Positions 1 through 10,209 are shown, numbered from the stretch's first letter. The stretch: DNA of 64,000 nt from Pseudomonadota bacterium (GCA_043767805.1 JAYUGC010000036.1:18875-82874), one strand, 5' to 3'. Notes: generated by a model from the letters alone, not told the origin. Program-made: numbers and translations.

Positions 1-1
1 T

Positions 2-172
2 CCAGAGAAAGAAGGCCGATCGCTCGACTTGCTTCGCGGCCCAGCCGCTGATTTCCGCCGAATCCCGTTTGGCCGAGAGACGCGCCATGGTTTTCGCGCA
101 GGTTTCCTCCGCCCACGTAGGCGTTACCCACGCGAAAATACAGACGAAAGCCAAATGTTTGAAGCGCGCCAT
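2..172 (-). CDS. Secreted hypothetical protein (5' part; runs off window start)
   Basis: Manual translation MARFKHLAFVCIFAWVTPTWAEETCAKTMARL...; GGGAG upstream; signal-peptide-like N-terminus; absent from ORF track. Confidence 0.6.
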   Translation of the reverse strand, partial: MARFKHLAFVCIFAWVTPTWAEETCAKTMARLSAKRDSAEISGWAAKQVERSAFFLW

Positions 173-222
173 TCACTCCCCAGCAATAGGGGGAGTCTGT
201 ATCATGACCCGGCGTACCGACG

Positions 223-897
223 CTAGATTCTGCCTAGGAAAATAGAGTGTTGCGCGCCCGCTGTGGAGCGAGCGCGGGCCTTCTGGACGTCGACCTTGAA
301 GCCGTTCTTGGAGAGGAGTTTCGCGAAAGCGGGGTTCTTCGCGACCGACCAAACCGCCAGGCAGCCGCCCGGACGAAGGGCCGCTTTGGCGAGACGAAGG
401 CCTTTGGAATCATATAACCGGCGGTTTCCGCCAGTGCTGAACGCAGTGGGACCGTTGTCGACGTCGAGCAAAATGGAGTCGAATCCACCCGGCTCTTCCT
501 GCAAAATTTCGACGACATCGCGCTGAACGATCTGCACCCGCGAGTCCGCCATGGCTTCATGAGCGAGGTTGAACTCAGGATTACTGTTCCAAGCGACCAC
601 GGCCGGCATGATCTCGGCGACCACCACTGTCGCGTCTTCGGCGACATGCTTCAGGGTGGCCTTCAGGGTGAACCCAAAGCCTAAGCCCCCCACGAGAACC
701 CGGGCTTTCCGCTTGGTCTTGATGTCGGCGCATCCCAATTCCGCGAGCACTTCCTCGGAGTTGTGCTGGCGGGTCGACATCAGCTCGATGCCATTGATGC
801 GGATGTAGTGGCAGCCGTCGTGCTCGTGCAATGACAGTGTTTTTCCATCGGGGGTCTTAGCGTGCTCGAGCGGCGTCCATTTTTTCACAGCATTCAA
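223..897 (-). CDS. Spermidine synthase-like SAM-dependent methyltransferase
   Basis: VLVGGLGFG SAM-binding motif, VVVAEI, ILLDVDNGP motif; TTG start. Confidence 0.85.
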   Translation of the reverse strand: MNAVKKWTPLEHAKTPDGKTLSLHEHDGCHYIRINGIELMSTRQHNSEEVLAELGCADIKTKRKARVLVGGLGFGFTLKATLKHVAEDATVVVAEIMPAVVAWNSNPEFNLAHEAMADSRVQIVQRDVVEILQEEPGGFDSILLDVDNGPTAFSTGGNRRLYDSKGLRLAKAALRPGGCLAVWSVAKNPAFAKLLSKNGFKVDVQKARARSTAGAQHSIFLGRI

Positions 898-1118
898 TCT
901 AGTTCAGTCGGGGTGATGAAGGGAAAAAATCTTAGTTCAGAGTCGATTATTCGTCTTTTTTCGGGGCTTTGAGGACAAACGGCAGGAAGAGGTTCCCGGC
1001 CCGGAGAAAGAGAGGATGCTCAGAAACGTCTCAGTGTTCTTTTTACGGTTCTCAGTTCGAGAACGCGGACCGTTCGCAAACGCCGGCTGTCGTGACCCAC
1101 ACCTGCAAGTACTAGAAT

Positions 1119-1155
1119 AAAAAAGGCCCCCTTACCATCCGGCAAGGGGACCTTT
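1119..1155 (-). terminator. Rho-independent terminator of the SIMPL-like gene
   Basis: Minus strand AAAGGTCCCCTTGCC-GGAT-GGTAAGGGGGCC followed by a T-run, about 20 nt after the stop. Confidence 0.8.
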
Positions 1156-1174
1156 CGTTTGAATAGGGGCTACC

Positions 1175-2941
1175 TTAGTTCTTCGGAGCGATCGTCACGG
1201 GAGCCGGCTTCGGCTTGGACGGGCTCAGGTAAGGAAGGTAGTTCTCGGTGATGACGTTGAAGTCGAACAAGTAGGTCCGGTTCATTTGGAACTGGGGACG
1301 CTCTTCGTTCGGCTTGTGGACGATGTTGACCGTGAGGTCGTTCGCCGCGCCGCCGGGGGCAGCCGGAGCCGCCATCGATTCCATGGCCGCGCCACGAGCG
1401 AAGCTCTTGTTGTGCATCGCCGGCTGTCCTACGCGAATGTCGACCAAGTGCGCGTTGGTGAAGCCGTGGGCCCGGGCGTCTTGCGCGAGGGGACCATTGG
1501 CATTCAACACGTAAGCGGTCGCATTTTCCCGCGCCGCGATGGCGAGGGTGCGCTTGGTGGCTTCGGAGACCTGACCGGTCACATCACTGACCGCGACCCG
1601 GGTTTCGTCGGTGCGGAGCGTGGAGGTGTTGTACCGGGCCTGGAGCTTCTCAGCCAAGTCGAGCAGGGCGTTGAAGTCTTTCGACTTCAAAGCAAACGAC
1701 CGGTCCACCGACCAGAAAGATGGAAGATCGTTCGTGTTGCCGCTCGCCGGAGCGTCGATGAGATCGTTCGTGCAGGTGTTCAGGTAACGGATGGCCGGAG
1801 AGTTCGGCTTGGTCACGTCCCATTCCACGGGCTGGTAAGGGAAGTACTCTTGCGGATTGCCGGCTTCGTTGTTCTCGAACCGGTCGGACTCCGTCGCGGG
1901 GCGCGTGCCCTGGAACGTGCGGAGATCCTTCAAGAGGTCGGTGGCCAACGGATCGAGCGCCTGAGCCGCGTTCGCCTTCGTCGTCTGGCAAACCACGTTG
2001 AGGCTCGCGTTCACTTCGCCGAAATCGGCGTCGGTGGTCGCTTTGCCGGTGATCTCGTACTCGGAGCGGATGCCTTCGACTTTGGAGTTGGTCGCGTCGA
2101 TGAGGTCCTTCGCTTCGGAGTAGATCGTGTAGACGAGCGGCAGCTCGAGGGTCACTTTAGGAGCCTGGCCGCGCGTTACCGCGTTGCCGACGACCGGAGA
2201 GTAGCCCGCAGGATACGCCGCGTGGTGACCGAGATAATGCGCATTCTTGAATTTCAGCGTGCGCAGGTCGCTCGCGAACTTGCTGTTCGTGCCCGTCGCT
2301 TCGAGACGCGCTTTATTGAGCGTGTCGGCGAGCATTTCGCGCTTGGTGTTCTCGGTGACGTCGTAAGAGATGGGGGTGGTCGAGATCTTCACGGAGTCCC
2401 GGGCCTTGCTCTGCGCAATGGCTTGAACGCTTTTCAGCAAACCTTCGACGAAGTCGAGATCGTCGGTACGGATACCGAAGCGCTGGCTACCGGCGTACAC
2501 CGTCGCGGTTTTGGCTCTGAGCGCGATCTCCTTGCCCGCGCAAACGTCGATACGCTTCACGGTACCCGCGACCACAACGTTGTTGCTGTTGCGAGTGGGC
2601 TGGGTGACCTGGAGGCGAGAGCCGGCAATTTCGGAGATGCCGCCGATGTTGCCCCAGTAGGGCTTCCGTTTTTCGGTCTGAGCCGCGGTGTTGTTCGCAA
2701 TCGACTTCCACACGTTTCCGCTGACCGCTTCGATGACTTTACGGACGTCGTCGGCGGACTGGCGGCAGGTCACCTGAAAGGTGAACCAGACTTCGCCGAA
2801 TTCCGGCGGCTTTTCGGCCAAGCCCGAGCCTTCATAGCTGAGGCGGGCGACGCGAGGGTCGGTCGTATCGGCGACAGCGCCGTTAAGAGAGATGAGACTC
2901 GCCAGGATCAAAAATCCGGCGGTCATGCGTTTCGTATTCAT
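1175..2941 (-). CDS. Secreted protein with two tandem SIMPL (DUF541/BP26/YggE-like) domains
   Basis: Signal peptide; internal duplication (YEGSGLAEKPPEFGEV..VTC vs YEITGKATTDADFGEV..VVC); C-terminal ARGAAMESMAAPAAP typical of SIMPL; GAGG RBS. Confidence 0.6.
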   Translation of the reverse strand: MNTKRMTAGFLILASLISLNGAVADTTDPRVARLSYEGSGLAEKPPEFGEVWFTFQVTCRQSADDVRKVIEAVSGNVWKSIANNTAAQTEKRKPYWGNIGGISEIAGSRLQVTQPTRNSNNVVVAGTVKRIDVCAGKEIALRAKTATVYAGSQRFGIRTDDLDFVEGLLKSVQAIAQSKARDSVKISTTPISYDVTENTKREMLADTLNKARLEATGTNSKFASDLRTLKFKNAHYLGHHAAYPAGYSPVVGNAVTRGQAPKVTLELPLVYTIYSEAKDLIDATNSKVEGIRSEYEITGKATTDADFGEVNASLNVVCQTTKANAAQALDPLATDLLKDLRTFQGTRPATESDRFENNEAGNPQEYFPYQPVEWDVTKPNSPAIRYLNTCTNDLIDAPASGNTNDLPSFWSVDRSFALKSKDFNALLDLAEKLQARYNTSTLRTDETRVAVSDVTGQVSEATKRTLAIAARENATAYVLNANGPLAQDARAHGFTNAHLVDIRVGQPAMHNKSFARGAAMESMAAPAAPGGAANDLTVNIVHKPNEERPQFQMNRTYLFDFNVITENYLPYLSPSKPKPAPVTIAPKN

Positions 2942-3162
2942 TCGTTCCTCCTAGGAACCGGGTTTTAAAGTGCCCCTAAGGTTTAGTGGTCCATGTCGCC
3001 GTGCGCAATGTCTTAAATGGTAAGTTTTCTTAAAAACGTTCACTGATTTGTGAACGATCCTCCTCGCGGAACGTGAAAAATTGCGAACGACATTCCTGAA
3101 AAGACTTCACTTCCCGGTGGCTTGTCCTGTTGCCAGTCTGGGACACACGGGAGGATCGAAAC

Positions 3163-3855
3163 ATGCTTGTTCCAAAACGGATCTTGGTTTTTATTTTTTT
3201 CATGGCTGGGCTTGGAGCGAGCGCGGCCGATCAGGGGCAACTGATTCCCATCGATAAGCCGTGGAAACGGGCGGTGGTGGATTTCGCCGCAAAACATCTC
3301 CAGCACTCCGCCTGGGGTTTCGGCCACTCGCAAAGAAATCTGCTTCTCTCTTTGAGTCTAGCGCGCGAGGAGGGTTTGACCGTGGATGCCGACGTGCTTT
3401 TTGCGGCCGCCTTCCTTCACGACATGGGTGGCTTCCCGGCGTTCGAAAAAAAAGGCGTGGACCACGCCGTTCGCTCGGCCGAGTTGGTCGACACGATTCT
3501 GAAGTCAGCCGGCTTCCCCATGGAAAAACTGGAAGCCGTGAAGGGCACCATTCTCGCTCACACGTATTACAATCCGAAACCGCCCGCGACACCGGAAGAA
3601 ACGGTGTTTCGCGACGCCGACGTCCTCGATTTCATCGGCGCCATGGGGATTGCGCGGATCTTGTCGGTAACGGAGCGCGAGAGTTTTACGCCCACCCTCA
3701 AAGACGCGGTCGCGGCGGTGGGGCAGATGCGCGGCTCCATGCCGGCCAAGCTCACGACTAAAGTGGCCCGCAAGGAAGGCGTCACGCGAGTAGCTGAAAT
3801 GGACGCGTATTTTCGCGCGCTCGGGCGGGAAGCTTTCGGCAATCGTCTGTACTGA
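3163..3855 (+). CDS. HD-domain metal-dependent phosphohydrolase with signal peptide
   Basis: H..R, AAFLHD, DHA, AH and DAD.LD motifs; GGAGG RBS before ATG 3163. Confidence 0.85.
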   Translation: MLVPKRILVFIFFMAGLGASAADQGQLIPIDKPWKRAVVDFAAKHLQHSAWGFGHSQRNLLLSLSLAREEGLTVDADVLFAAAFLHDMGGFPAFEKKGVDHAVRSAELVDTILKSAGFPMEKLEAVKGTILAHTYYNPKPPATPEETVFRDADVLDFIGAMGIARILSVTERESFTPTLKDAVAAVGQMRGSMPAKLTTKVARKEGVTRVAEMDAYFRALGREAFGNRLY

Positions 3856-3895
3856 GAACTACACGGCGGGAAAAAATCGGGTTAAGACTTAAAGG

Positions 3896-5008
3896 ATGCG
3901 GCTTCCTCCTTTTATCCTGGAACGGTATCTGGCCGAACGCGAGTTCGTGGCGCCCCTGGTGCTTTGCGCGTCGGACTGCGAGTCTCGTTCTTTAAGTGAA
4001 ATTCTGGACCTCGAGCCGGGAAGCCGGGAAAAATTCGAGATGCTTTGGCTGGGCTACACCGAAGCGCCCGGGCACCCCGAGCTGCGCAAAGGCATTGCCT
4101 CGCTTTACGAAACCATTCGCCCCCAGAACGTGCTCACCTTCGCGGGAGCGGAAGAGGCTATCTTTACCTTCATGAACGTGGTGCTCGGCAAGGGCGATCA
4201 CGCGATCATTCATTGGCCCTGCTACCAGTCGCTCTTTCAGGTGGCAGAGAGCGCGGGCTGCGAGATCACTCGCTGGGAAGCCGATCCTGACGATGGCTGG
4301 CGCTTGAGTCTCGACGCTTTAAAGCAATCGCTTCGGCCTAATACGAAGGCGGTCATTCTCAATAGCCCACACAATCCGACGGGCTATCTCATGAAGCCCC
4401 AGGAAATTCGCGAAGTCGCCCGAGTCGTGGAGAATCACGGCGCGATCTTATTCGTCGACGAAGTGTACAAGGGACTCGAGTATGACCCGGGCTCGGCGCT
4501 TACTTCCGGCTGCGATCTCGCTCCCTCGGCCGTCACGCTCGGAGTCATGTCGAAAAGCTTGGGTCTCGCCGGGCTTCGGATCGGCTGGCTCGCCACTAGA
4601 AATACGGCGCTTCTGGAAAAACTCGCGAGTTACAAGGATTACACTTCCATCTGCAATAGCGCCCCGAGCGAGTTCCTCGCGACGATTGCGATTCGCCATA
4701 AGGGCGAGATCTTGAATCGCAATCGCGGCCTCATCGCCGACAACCTCGGTCTTCTCGACGCCTTCTTCTCCGACCACGCCGATAGCTTGAGCTGGGTCCG
4801 GCCCAAGGCGGGCTGTATCATTTTTCCAAAATGGAAAAAGGGAAGCACCGACCGGCTGTGCGAAAGCGTTTTGAAGGAGACAGGGGTTCTACTCGCGCCA
4901 AGCTCTAAGTTCGCTTTTGGCGATAGTCATTTCCGGATCGGCTATGGGCGGCGCAATTTCCCGGCGGCACTCGCGGCATTTCGGGGCTATCTCCAAAAAA
5001 CGCGCTAG
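3896..5008 (+). CDS. PLP-dependent aminotransferase class I/II
   Basis: NSPHNPTG, DEVY and SKSLGLAGLRIGW motifs. Confidence 0.92.
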   Translation: MRLPPFILERYLAEREFVAPLVLCASDCESRSLSEILDLEPGSREKFEMLWLGYTEAPGHPELRKGIASLYETIRPQNVLTFAGAEEAIFTFMNVVLGKGDHAIIHWPCYQSLFQVAESAGCEITRWEADPDDGWRLSLDALKQSLRPNTKAVILNSPHNPTGYLMKPQEIREVARVVENHGAILFVDEVYKGLEYDPGSALTSGCDLAPSAVTLGVMSKSLGLAGLRIGWLATRNTALLEKLASYKDYTSICNSAPSEFLATIAIRHKGEILNRNRGLIADNLGLLDAFFSDHADSLSWVRPKAGCIIFPKWKKGSTDRLCESVLKETGVLLAPSSKFAFGDSHFRIGYGRRNFPAALAAFRGYLQKTR

Positions 5009-5862
5009 TAGACGATTTCGGCTAAGCGGGCGCGCACGCGTTTGATTTCGGTGTCCAGGGGGAACGAAGCTTCTCCCGCCTCGGAGATCTCTTTCCTTCG
5101 TTCGATGTAGTGGCGGAGCAACCGCCGTAAAGTAGCCGCCGCCTGCTCGGGCCGATTTGCTTTGAGATGACTATCCGCCAAGAGATCGTAAGCGGGAATC
5201 AGGTCGGGACTGAACTTGATGGCTTCTCTAAGGTAGGAAATGGCTCGCTCTGGACTGCCTTCTTCGAGCTCCAGAGATCCCAGCGCCATTTTTGCATGCC
5301 CGTTCTCAGGATTACGCGCGCTCAATCCTTGAAAGAAGGCGAGCCCTTCTCGCACCGAACGAGTCTCGGCGTAAAGCTCGGTCAGGCCGGCCATGATGTC
5401 AGGCCGATCGGGATTGCCTTGGAGCGCCAGGCGAAAATATTGCTCCGCTCGTTGAGGGTCGTCGAGGCGGTGGCGAAAGAGGAGCGCTAAAGTGTTAGCG
5501 GTGTGCACGTTCCCGGGATTGGCTTTGAGCATGCCGAGGAGCAGGTCTCTCGCTTCCTCGAACTTTCCGGCCTCGATGAGGTCCGTGACCCGGTTCATTT
5601 CCGAGGGAACGCAATCCGGATCGGAGCGATTGGGATTGCAGCTTTCCACTCCCTGGGGAACGTCGGTGAGCTTTACGCCGGGACGGACCGGGGCGCGAGG
5701 ACGGGGCTCGGGCAGGGCGAGCTGGAGCGGCGCAGTCGAGGCCATTTGCGTGCGGGTCGCGCGATCTTCCGTGACCTTTCCAATCCACGGCAAAAGCGAG
5801 ATGAGATATACGCAGCCGAGCAGAATCCCTATTAAGGTTAAGGTGCGCAAAGCTCGGGTCAT
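5005..5862 (-). CDS. Membrane-anchored tetratricopeptide repeat protein
   Basis: N-terminal TM helix followed by several TPR-like helical repeats; start chosen at ATG 5862. Confidence 0.8.
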   Translation of the reverse strand: MTRALRTLTLIGILLGCVYLISLLPWIGKVTEDRATRTQMASTAPLQLALPEPRPRAPVRPGVKLTDVPQGVESCNPNRSDPDCVPSEMNRVTDLIEAGKFEEARDLLLGMLKANPGNVHTANTLALLFRHRLDDPQRAEQYFRLALQGNPDRPDIMAGLTELYAETRSVREGLAFFQGLSARNPENGHAKMALGSLELEEGSPERAISYLREAIKFSPDLIPAYDLLADSHLKANRPEQAAATLRRLLRHYIERRKEISEAGEASFPLDTEIKRVRARLAEIVY

Positions 5863-5948
5863 CTCCGATCCATAACAGCCGGACGGCAAAGGTGCCACGC
5901 TAAAACCTAACGCTCAGTACCACGCCCACACCTAAGTATAATGCGTTC

Positions 5949-7139
5949 ATGAGTCATTTGACATCCTGGGTAGGTTTTGGAAGAGAAAAGGCCGCGAGTG
6001 ATCTGCATCTCGAGCCCGGCTCCCCTCTGGTTTTGAGAATCCGGGGCGAGCTGGTGACGGTCGGTGAAACGCTCACTTCGGACGGAACTCAGCAAGCCGC
6101 GAAAGAGATCATGGGGTCCTCGCGGTGGCAGGAATTCCTCCAGCAGCGATCCGCGGATTTCTCGCACACGCTCGCGGGTGTCCGTTGCCGGGTGCACGTG
6201 TACCAAACGCTTCACGGCGTGAGTCTAGCGGTCCGGCTACTCTCCACGTTTCGCACCACGCTTTCGGAGTCCAACCTCCATCCGGACTTGGCGCGTTTCA
6301 CTAAAGCCGAGACGGGTCTCGTGCTCATGTGCGGTCCCACGGGAAGCGGAAAGTCCACGACGCTCGCGGCCTTTGTCGAGGAGATCAATCAGTCGCGGCG
6401 TGGCAACATCGTCACGGTGGAAAGCCCCATCGAGTACCATTTCAAGAACCGAAAATCGTTCATCCGGCAAAGAGAGGTGAACCATCACACTCCGAGCTTC
6501 GAGCAGGCCATCGTCGATTCGATGCGAGAGGATCCTGACGTTCTGGTCATCGGCGAGATGCGGACCCCCGATGTCATGCGGCTCACTTTGAACGCGGCTG
6601 AGACGGGGCATCTCGTTTTTTCGACCATTCATTCCTCGTCCTGCGCGGAAGCCATTACGCGGCTCTGCATGTCGTTTCCGGCGGAACTCCAAAGTTCCAT
6701 CAGCAATCAAGTCGCTGATTGTTTAGTGGGAGTGATTTGTCAGCGGCTCGTCTACTACCCGCAGTACAAGATCCGGGTGCCTCATTGTGAGATCCTAGTC
6801 GCCAACTCCGCGGTGAAGTCGGTCATCCGGGCGGGGACGTTCAGCAAGATTCCGAACGCGATTCAAACCGGGGGCGACGAGGGCATGTGGACGTTCGATC
6901 GCTATAAGCGCTGGGCGGAACAAAATACGAACTGGTTAATTCCCTCGACGAAGCCCATCGAGGTCATCGAGGAAAGGGCCATTTCGGAAGCTCCCGTCTC
7001 GAAGCCTCAACAAAAATATAAGGTCTCCACTCCGGAGCTCGACGCGCGGCCCGAGCCAAAAGCCGTGGAGATAGCGGCGACCGACGACGATCTCGATGAT
7101 CTTATCCAGCAAATGATCGATCCCAAAAAGAAGAAATAG
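5949..7139 (+). CDS. pilT: PilT/PilU family type IV pilus ATPase
   Basis: Walker A GPTGSGKSTT, REDPDVLVIGEMR, AETGHLVFSTIH. Confidence 0.88.
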   Translation: MSHLTSWVGFGREKAASDLHLEPGSPLVLRIRGELVTVGETLTSDGTQQAAKEIMGSSRWQEFLQQRSADFSHTLAGVRCRVHVYQTLHGVSLAVRLLSTFRTTLSESNLHPDLARFTKAETGLVLMCGPTGSGKSTTLAAFVEEINQSRRGNIVTVESPIEYHFKNRKSFIRQREVNHHTPSFEQAIVDSMREDPDVLVIGEMRTPDVMRLTLNAAETGHLVFSTIHSSSCAEAITRLCMSFPAELQSSISNQVADCLVGVICQRLVYYPQYKIRVPHCEILVANSAVKSVIRAGTFSKIPNAIQTGGDEGMWTFDRYKRWAEQNTNWLIPSTKPIEVIEERAISEAPVSKPQQKYKVSTPELDARPEPKAVEIAATDDDLDDLIQQMIDPKKKK

Positions 7140-7145
7140 GCCTAG

Positions 7146-7421
7146 TTATCGGCGCAGGTACTTCCAATCGAACACGAAAGTGCCGAAGGGCAAGATCGCC
7201 GCGAAGAAAGAGGCGACGAGCTTTTTCGCGGACCATTTCTCTGTCTGCGAAAGCTGAGTCGCGTGGAAGAAGTAGGCGATAAAGAGCATCCCGTGAATCC
7301 AGCCGATGAACTTCACGCCAAGGGGTTGGCCGTACATATACTTGAGTGGCATCCCCACCCCGAGCAGGAGCAGGAACGATACCCCTTCCGCAATGCCGAT
7401 CGCCCGAAACCGTTGGTGCAT
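7146..7421 (-). CDS. DUF3817 small membrane protein
   Basis: FRAIGIAEGVSFLLLL..GWIHG.LF..PFGTF; AGGAG RBS before ATG 7421. Confidence 0.85.
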   Translation of the reverse strand: MHQRFRAIGIAEGVSFLLLLGVGMPLKYMYGQPLGVKFIGWIHGMLFIAYFFHATQLSQTEKWSAKKLVASFFAAILPFGTFVFDWKYLRR

Positions 7422-7443
7422 GCCTTCTCCTCTTAAAAGGTGG

Positions 7444-7941
7444 TTAGTACCTTTTAAGAGATTCGAGGTCGAGAAGGAAGCGTTTCGTGTCGAGCCCTCC
7501 CGCGAAACCGGTGAGCTTGCCGCTCGAGCCGACGACGCGGTGGCAGGGGACGAAGATCGAGAGGGGATTGCGGCCATTGGCCGCGCCTACCGCGCGCGCA
7601 GATTTGGGAAGCCCCATGGCGCGGGCTTGCTCACCGTAGCTGACCGTTTTGCCGTAGGGGATTTGTCTCAAAGCGAGCCACGCTTTTTGCTGGAACTCGG
7701 TGCCGTGGGGATCGAGCGGCAAATCGAACTCGTGGCGCTTTCCCGCGAAGTACTCGGCGAGCTGGGTCTTGGCCTTCTTAAATAGTGGGATTCTCTCGCC
7801 GCGAGTGAGGGCGGGCAGGCGCACCCGGCCCTCGCGCTCCCTCTGCCAGAGTACCGCGCGGAGGGCGTGCTTGGTACCCACCAACCGAAGGTTGCCCACC
7901 GGGGAATCGAGATCGTCGAAAAGAAGCTCGTCGGTTTTCAT
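7444..7941 (-). CDS. ogt: Methylated-DNA-protein-cysteine methyltransferase
   Basis: PCHRV active site, GTEFQ..W..L..IPYG; ATGA overlap with upstream gene. Confidence 0.93.
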   Translation of the reverse strand: MKTDELLFDDLDSPVGNLRLVGTKHALRAVLWQREREGRVRLPALTRGERIPLFKKAKTQLAEYFAGKRHEFDLPLDPHGTEFQQKAWLALRQIPYGKTVSYGEQARAMGLPKSARAVGAANGRNPLSIFVPCHRVVGSSGKLTGFAGGLDTKRFLLDLESLKRY

Positions 7942-9404
7942 TTCGTCTTTCCTTTTTTCATGGGGACCGCGGTCATCGCCGCCTTCCACAAATAATGAGT
8001 GGCGTAAGCGCGCCACGGTTGCCAGCCTTGCGCTCGCGTACCGGCCTTTTGCTTTTTCAGCTCCCGTCCCAATATCAGATCGGTCTCGGGAAACGCGTCG
8101 GGATCTCTTAACGCGCGCATGGCGATGTACTCCGCGGTCCAAGGGCCAATTCCACGAATGGCGAGTAGAGCCGCCCGTTGCTCCGAGCCGTCGGAGGCGG
8201 GCGATAAGCGCACTTTGCCTTCGACTACCGCCTGGGAAAGCGCCACGAGCGCCGCCGCTTTGGTGCGCGGCACGCCGAAGGTCGCCGGATCGGCCTTCGC
8301 TAGCCGAAGCGGAGTCGGAAAAAGATGAAGTAGTTTCGACGCGGTCTCGAACCGTAGCGGCTTTCCATAACGCACGACGATTCTGCCCAAAGACGTGCAA
8401 GCTCCTCGAATGGAAACCTGCTGGCCCATGATGGCGCGGATGGCGACCTCATAGCCGTCCCAGCCGCCGGGCACTCGCAAGCCGGGAGTCAGCTCGATAA
8501 GCTTTTTTAACGGTAAATCCTGGCTCAAATGAGTAGAGATCGTGAGTGGGTCCGCTTCGAGATCAAAAAGAAAGCGTACCTTCTCAACGATATCCAGCAG
8601 GGAAGTGCCGACCGCTCCGTGGAGAGATAATTCGAGGAGGCTAGCTTCGGGCTTCGGCCGGACGGAGAGAAACCCAGGCACTCCGTTCGCTTCAAACGTC
8701 CTCGAGTACACGCCTTCCTCGAAGGTCTCGATTCCCGCAATGGCGTGGCTCGAAAGAAACGCAAACATGTCGTCCCAAGCAAGCGGAGGCCGATAGGGAA
8801 GTCGCAGGACTAACGCGGTGTCGGTTTTTTCCTTGGGACCGCGCTTTTGGCGCGCCTCCGTCGGAGAGCGATGAAAGCGTTTCTTGAAGGCGTCATTGAA
8901 CCGGCGCACGGACTCAAAGCCCGCGTTGAAAGCGATTTCGGTCATGGGAAGGCTCGTCTCATCGACGAGCTGGCGCGCGAAATCGAGCCGGCGTAGAAGC
9001 GCTACGGCATGGGGTGGAGCGCCGAGATGCTCTACGAAGAGCCGGCTCAGATGCCGTTCGGTAACGCCGAACTGATCCGCTAAAGCAGGGAGGCCCTCTC
9101 TGTCGAGTGCGCCTAGGCTGATGAGCCTCAAAGCACGCGAGACGGTGGCCGTCGTGCCGAGCCAAGCCGGTGTTCCCGGGCTGGTTTCGGGGCGGCAACG
9201 AAAACAGGGGCGGAATCCCGCTTCTTCCGCCGCGGCGGCGGTTTGAAAGAAGGCAACGTTCTTCTTGTGGGGCGTGCGCGCGGGACAAATGGGTCGGCAG
9301 TAAATTCCCGTGGTGGTGACGCCAAAAAAAACCCGCCCGTCGAAGCGGCGGTCTTTCGTGACTAGAGCCCGGTAGAAGGGGCTTTGAGGAGAGGTCCTTG
9401 CCAT
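7938..9404 (-). CDS. alkA: AdaA-AlkA fusion (Ada Zn domain, AraC HTH, 3-methyladenine DNA glycosylase)
   Basis: CRPIC and PCFRC Zn ligands, AGFESVRRFN AraC HTH, GIGPWTA..DAFP..D HhH-GPD. Confidence 0.92.
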   Translation of the reverse strand: MARTSPQSPFYRALVTKDRRFDGRVFFGVTTTGIYCRPICPARTPHKKNVAFFQTAAAAEEAGFRPCFRCRPETSPGTPAWLGTTATVSRALRLISLGALDREGLPALADQFGVTERHLSRLFVEHLGAPPHAVALLRRLDFARQLVDETSLPMTEIAFNAGFESVRRFNDAFKKRFHRSPTEARQKRGPKEKTDTALVLRLPYRPPLAWDDMFAFLSSHAIAGIETFEEGVYSRTFEANGVPGFLSVRPKPEASLLELSLHGAVGTSLLDIVEKVRFLFDLEADPLTISTHLSQDLPLKKLIELTPGLRVPGGWDGYEVAIRAIMGQQVSIRGACTSLGRIVVRYGKPLRFETASKLLHLFPTPLRLAKADPATFGVPRTKAAALVALSQAVVEGKVRLSPASDGSEQRAALLAIRGIGPWTAEYIAMRALRDPDAFPETDLILGRELKKQKAGTRAQGWQPWRAYATHYLWKAAMTAVPMKKGKTK

Positions 9405-9471
9405 GACTCATACATAGCAGACCGCGCGGCCAAGGACTGGCCATTTTCGGACATGAATGGAAACGCGCGGT

Positions 9472-10209
9472 TTAGGGCCGACGGCTCCAAACGCCCAGAA
9501 TGGATTTTCCCAGGCGATGGCCGAAGAGAGGATCGAAGATCCGAGATAGCGGAATGAACACGCGATCCCAAAGGGTGATTTGCCATTCGGTGGGATTGGC
9601 TTCCCGGAGCAGCAGACGATTCACCAAAGACAGCGTCATGCCGACGCTATCGAGGTACTCGAGCTTTTCTTGGTGAAGGCCTTTGGGAACCGCGGCGCTC
9701 AAGGAGGCTTTGGTGTAGCGGCGAAAATGTCCGACGGCTTTATCGAAGGCGGAGTAGAGGCTCGGATGAGCCGGAGATAGGACGACGACGTGGCCCATGG
9801 GTGTCAGATGAGCGAGAGCGCGCGCCATCTCTTCTCCGTCGCGCTCGATGTGTTCCAAGACGTCGATGTAGAGGATCGTATCGAATGTTTCAGAAGGCGC
9901 GAGATCGGCGAGCGTGCCTTGGCGGCATTCTACTTTTTTTGTCCACGAGTCCGAGCGGGATTTCAGTTCCTCGCAGTTGGCGGGATCGGGCTCCAAGCAA
10001 ACCCAGTTCGCCCCCGAGTCACCGGCGAGAATCTGCGTGTTGGCGCCGATGCCCGCTCCAACTTCGAGCACTTTCTTTCCCAAGTAAGGCTTCAGGCGCG
10101 CCCGGAAATAGCGCTTCCAGTTCACGGCGAGCTGAAACGTCGTCAACTCTTCGCCTTGGTAGAATTTTGATTCTTTTGTCACAGCGGCGGCTTTCATGGC
10201 GGTGTTCAC
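9472..10209 (-). CDS. Class I SAM-dependent methyltransferase
   Basis: VLEVGAGIG, DVLEHI, GHFRRY; coupled to the GT2 gene. Confidence 0.88.
   Translation of the reverse strand: MNTAMKAAAVTKESKFYQGEELTTFQLAVNWKRYFRARLKPYLGKKVLEVGAGIGANTQILAGDSGANWVCLEPDPANCEELKSRSDSWTKKVECRQGTLADLAPSETFDTILYIDVLEHIERDGEEMARALAHLTPMGHVVVLSPAHPSLYSAFDKAVGHFRRYTKASLSAAVPKGLHQEKLEYLDSVGMTLSLVNRLLLREANPTEWQITLWDRVFIPLSRIFDPLFGHRLGKSILGVWSRRP

Noticed and set aside
1030..1065. GTTC repeats and a GTTCTC/GAGAAC hairpin as a possible LexA box
   Set aside because: Spacing is 8 and 3 nt rather than GTTC-N7-GTTC, and the adjacent genes are not SOS-type
1286..2968. 560-aa plus-strand ORF (similarly 17838-18962, 44496-45491, 46736-47680)
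   Set aside because: Antisense shadows of real genes caused by high GC at third codon positions; no motifs or RBS
3118..3134. sigma54-like sequence before the HD gene (also before the TPR, recT and mmsA genes)
   Set aside because: GG-to-GC spacing is wrong or the -12 element is missing
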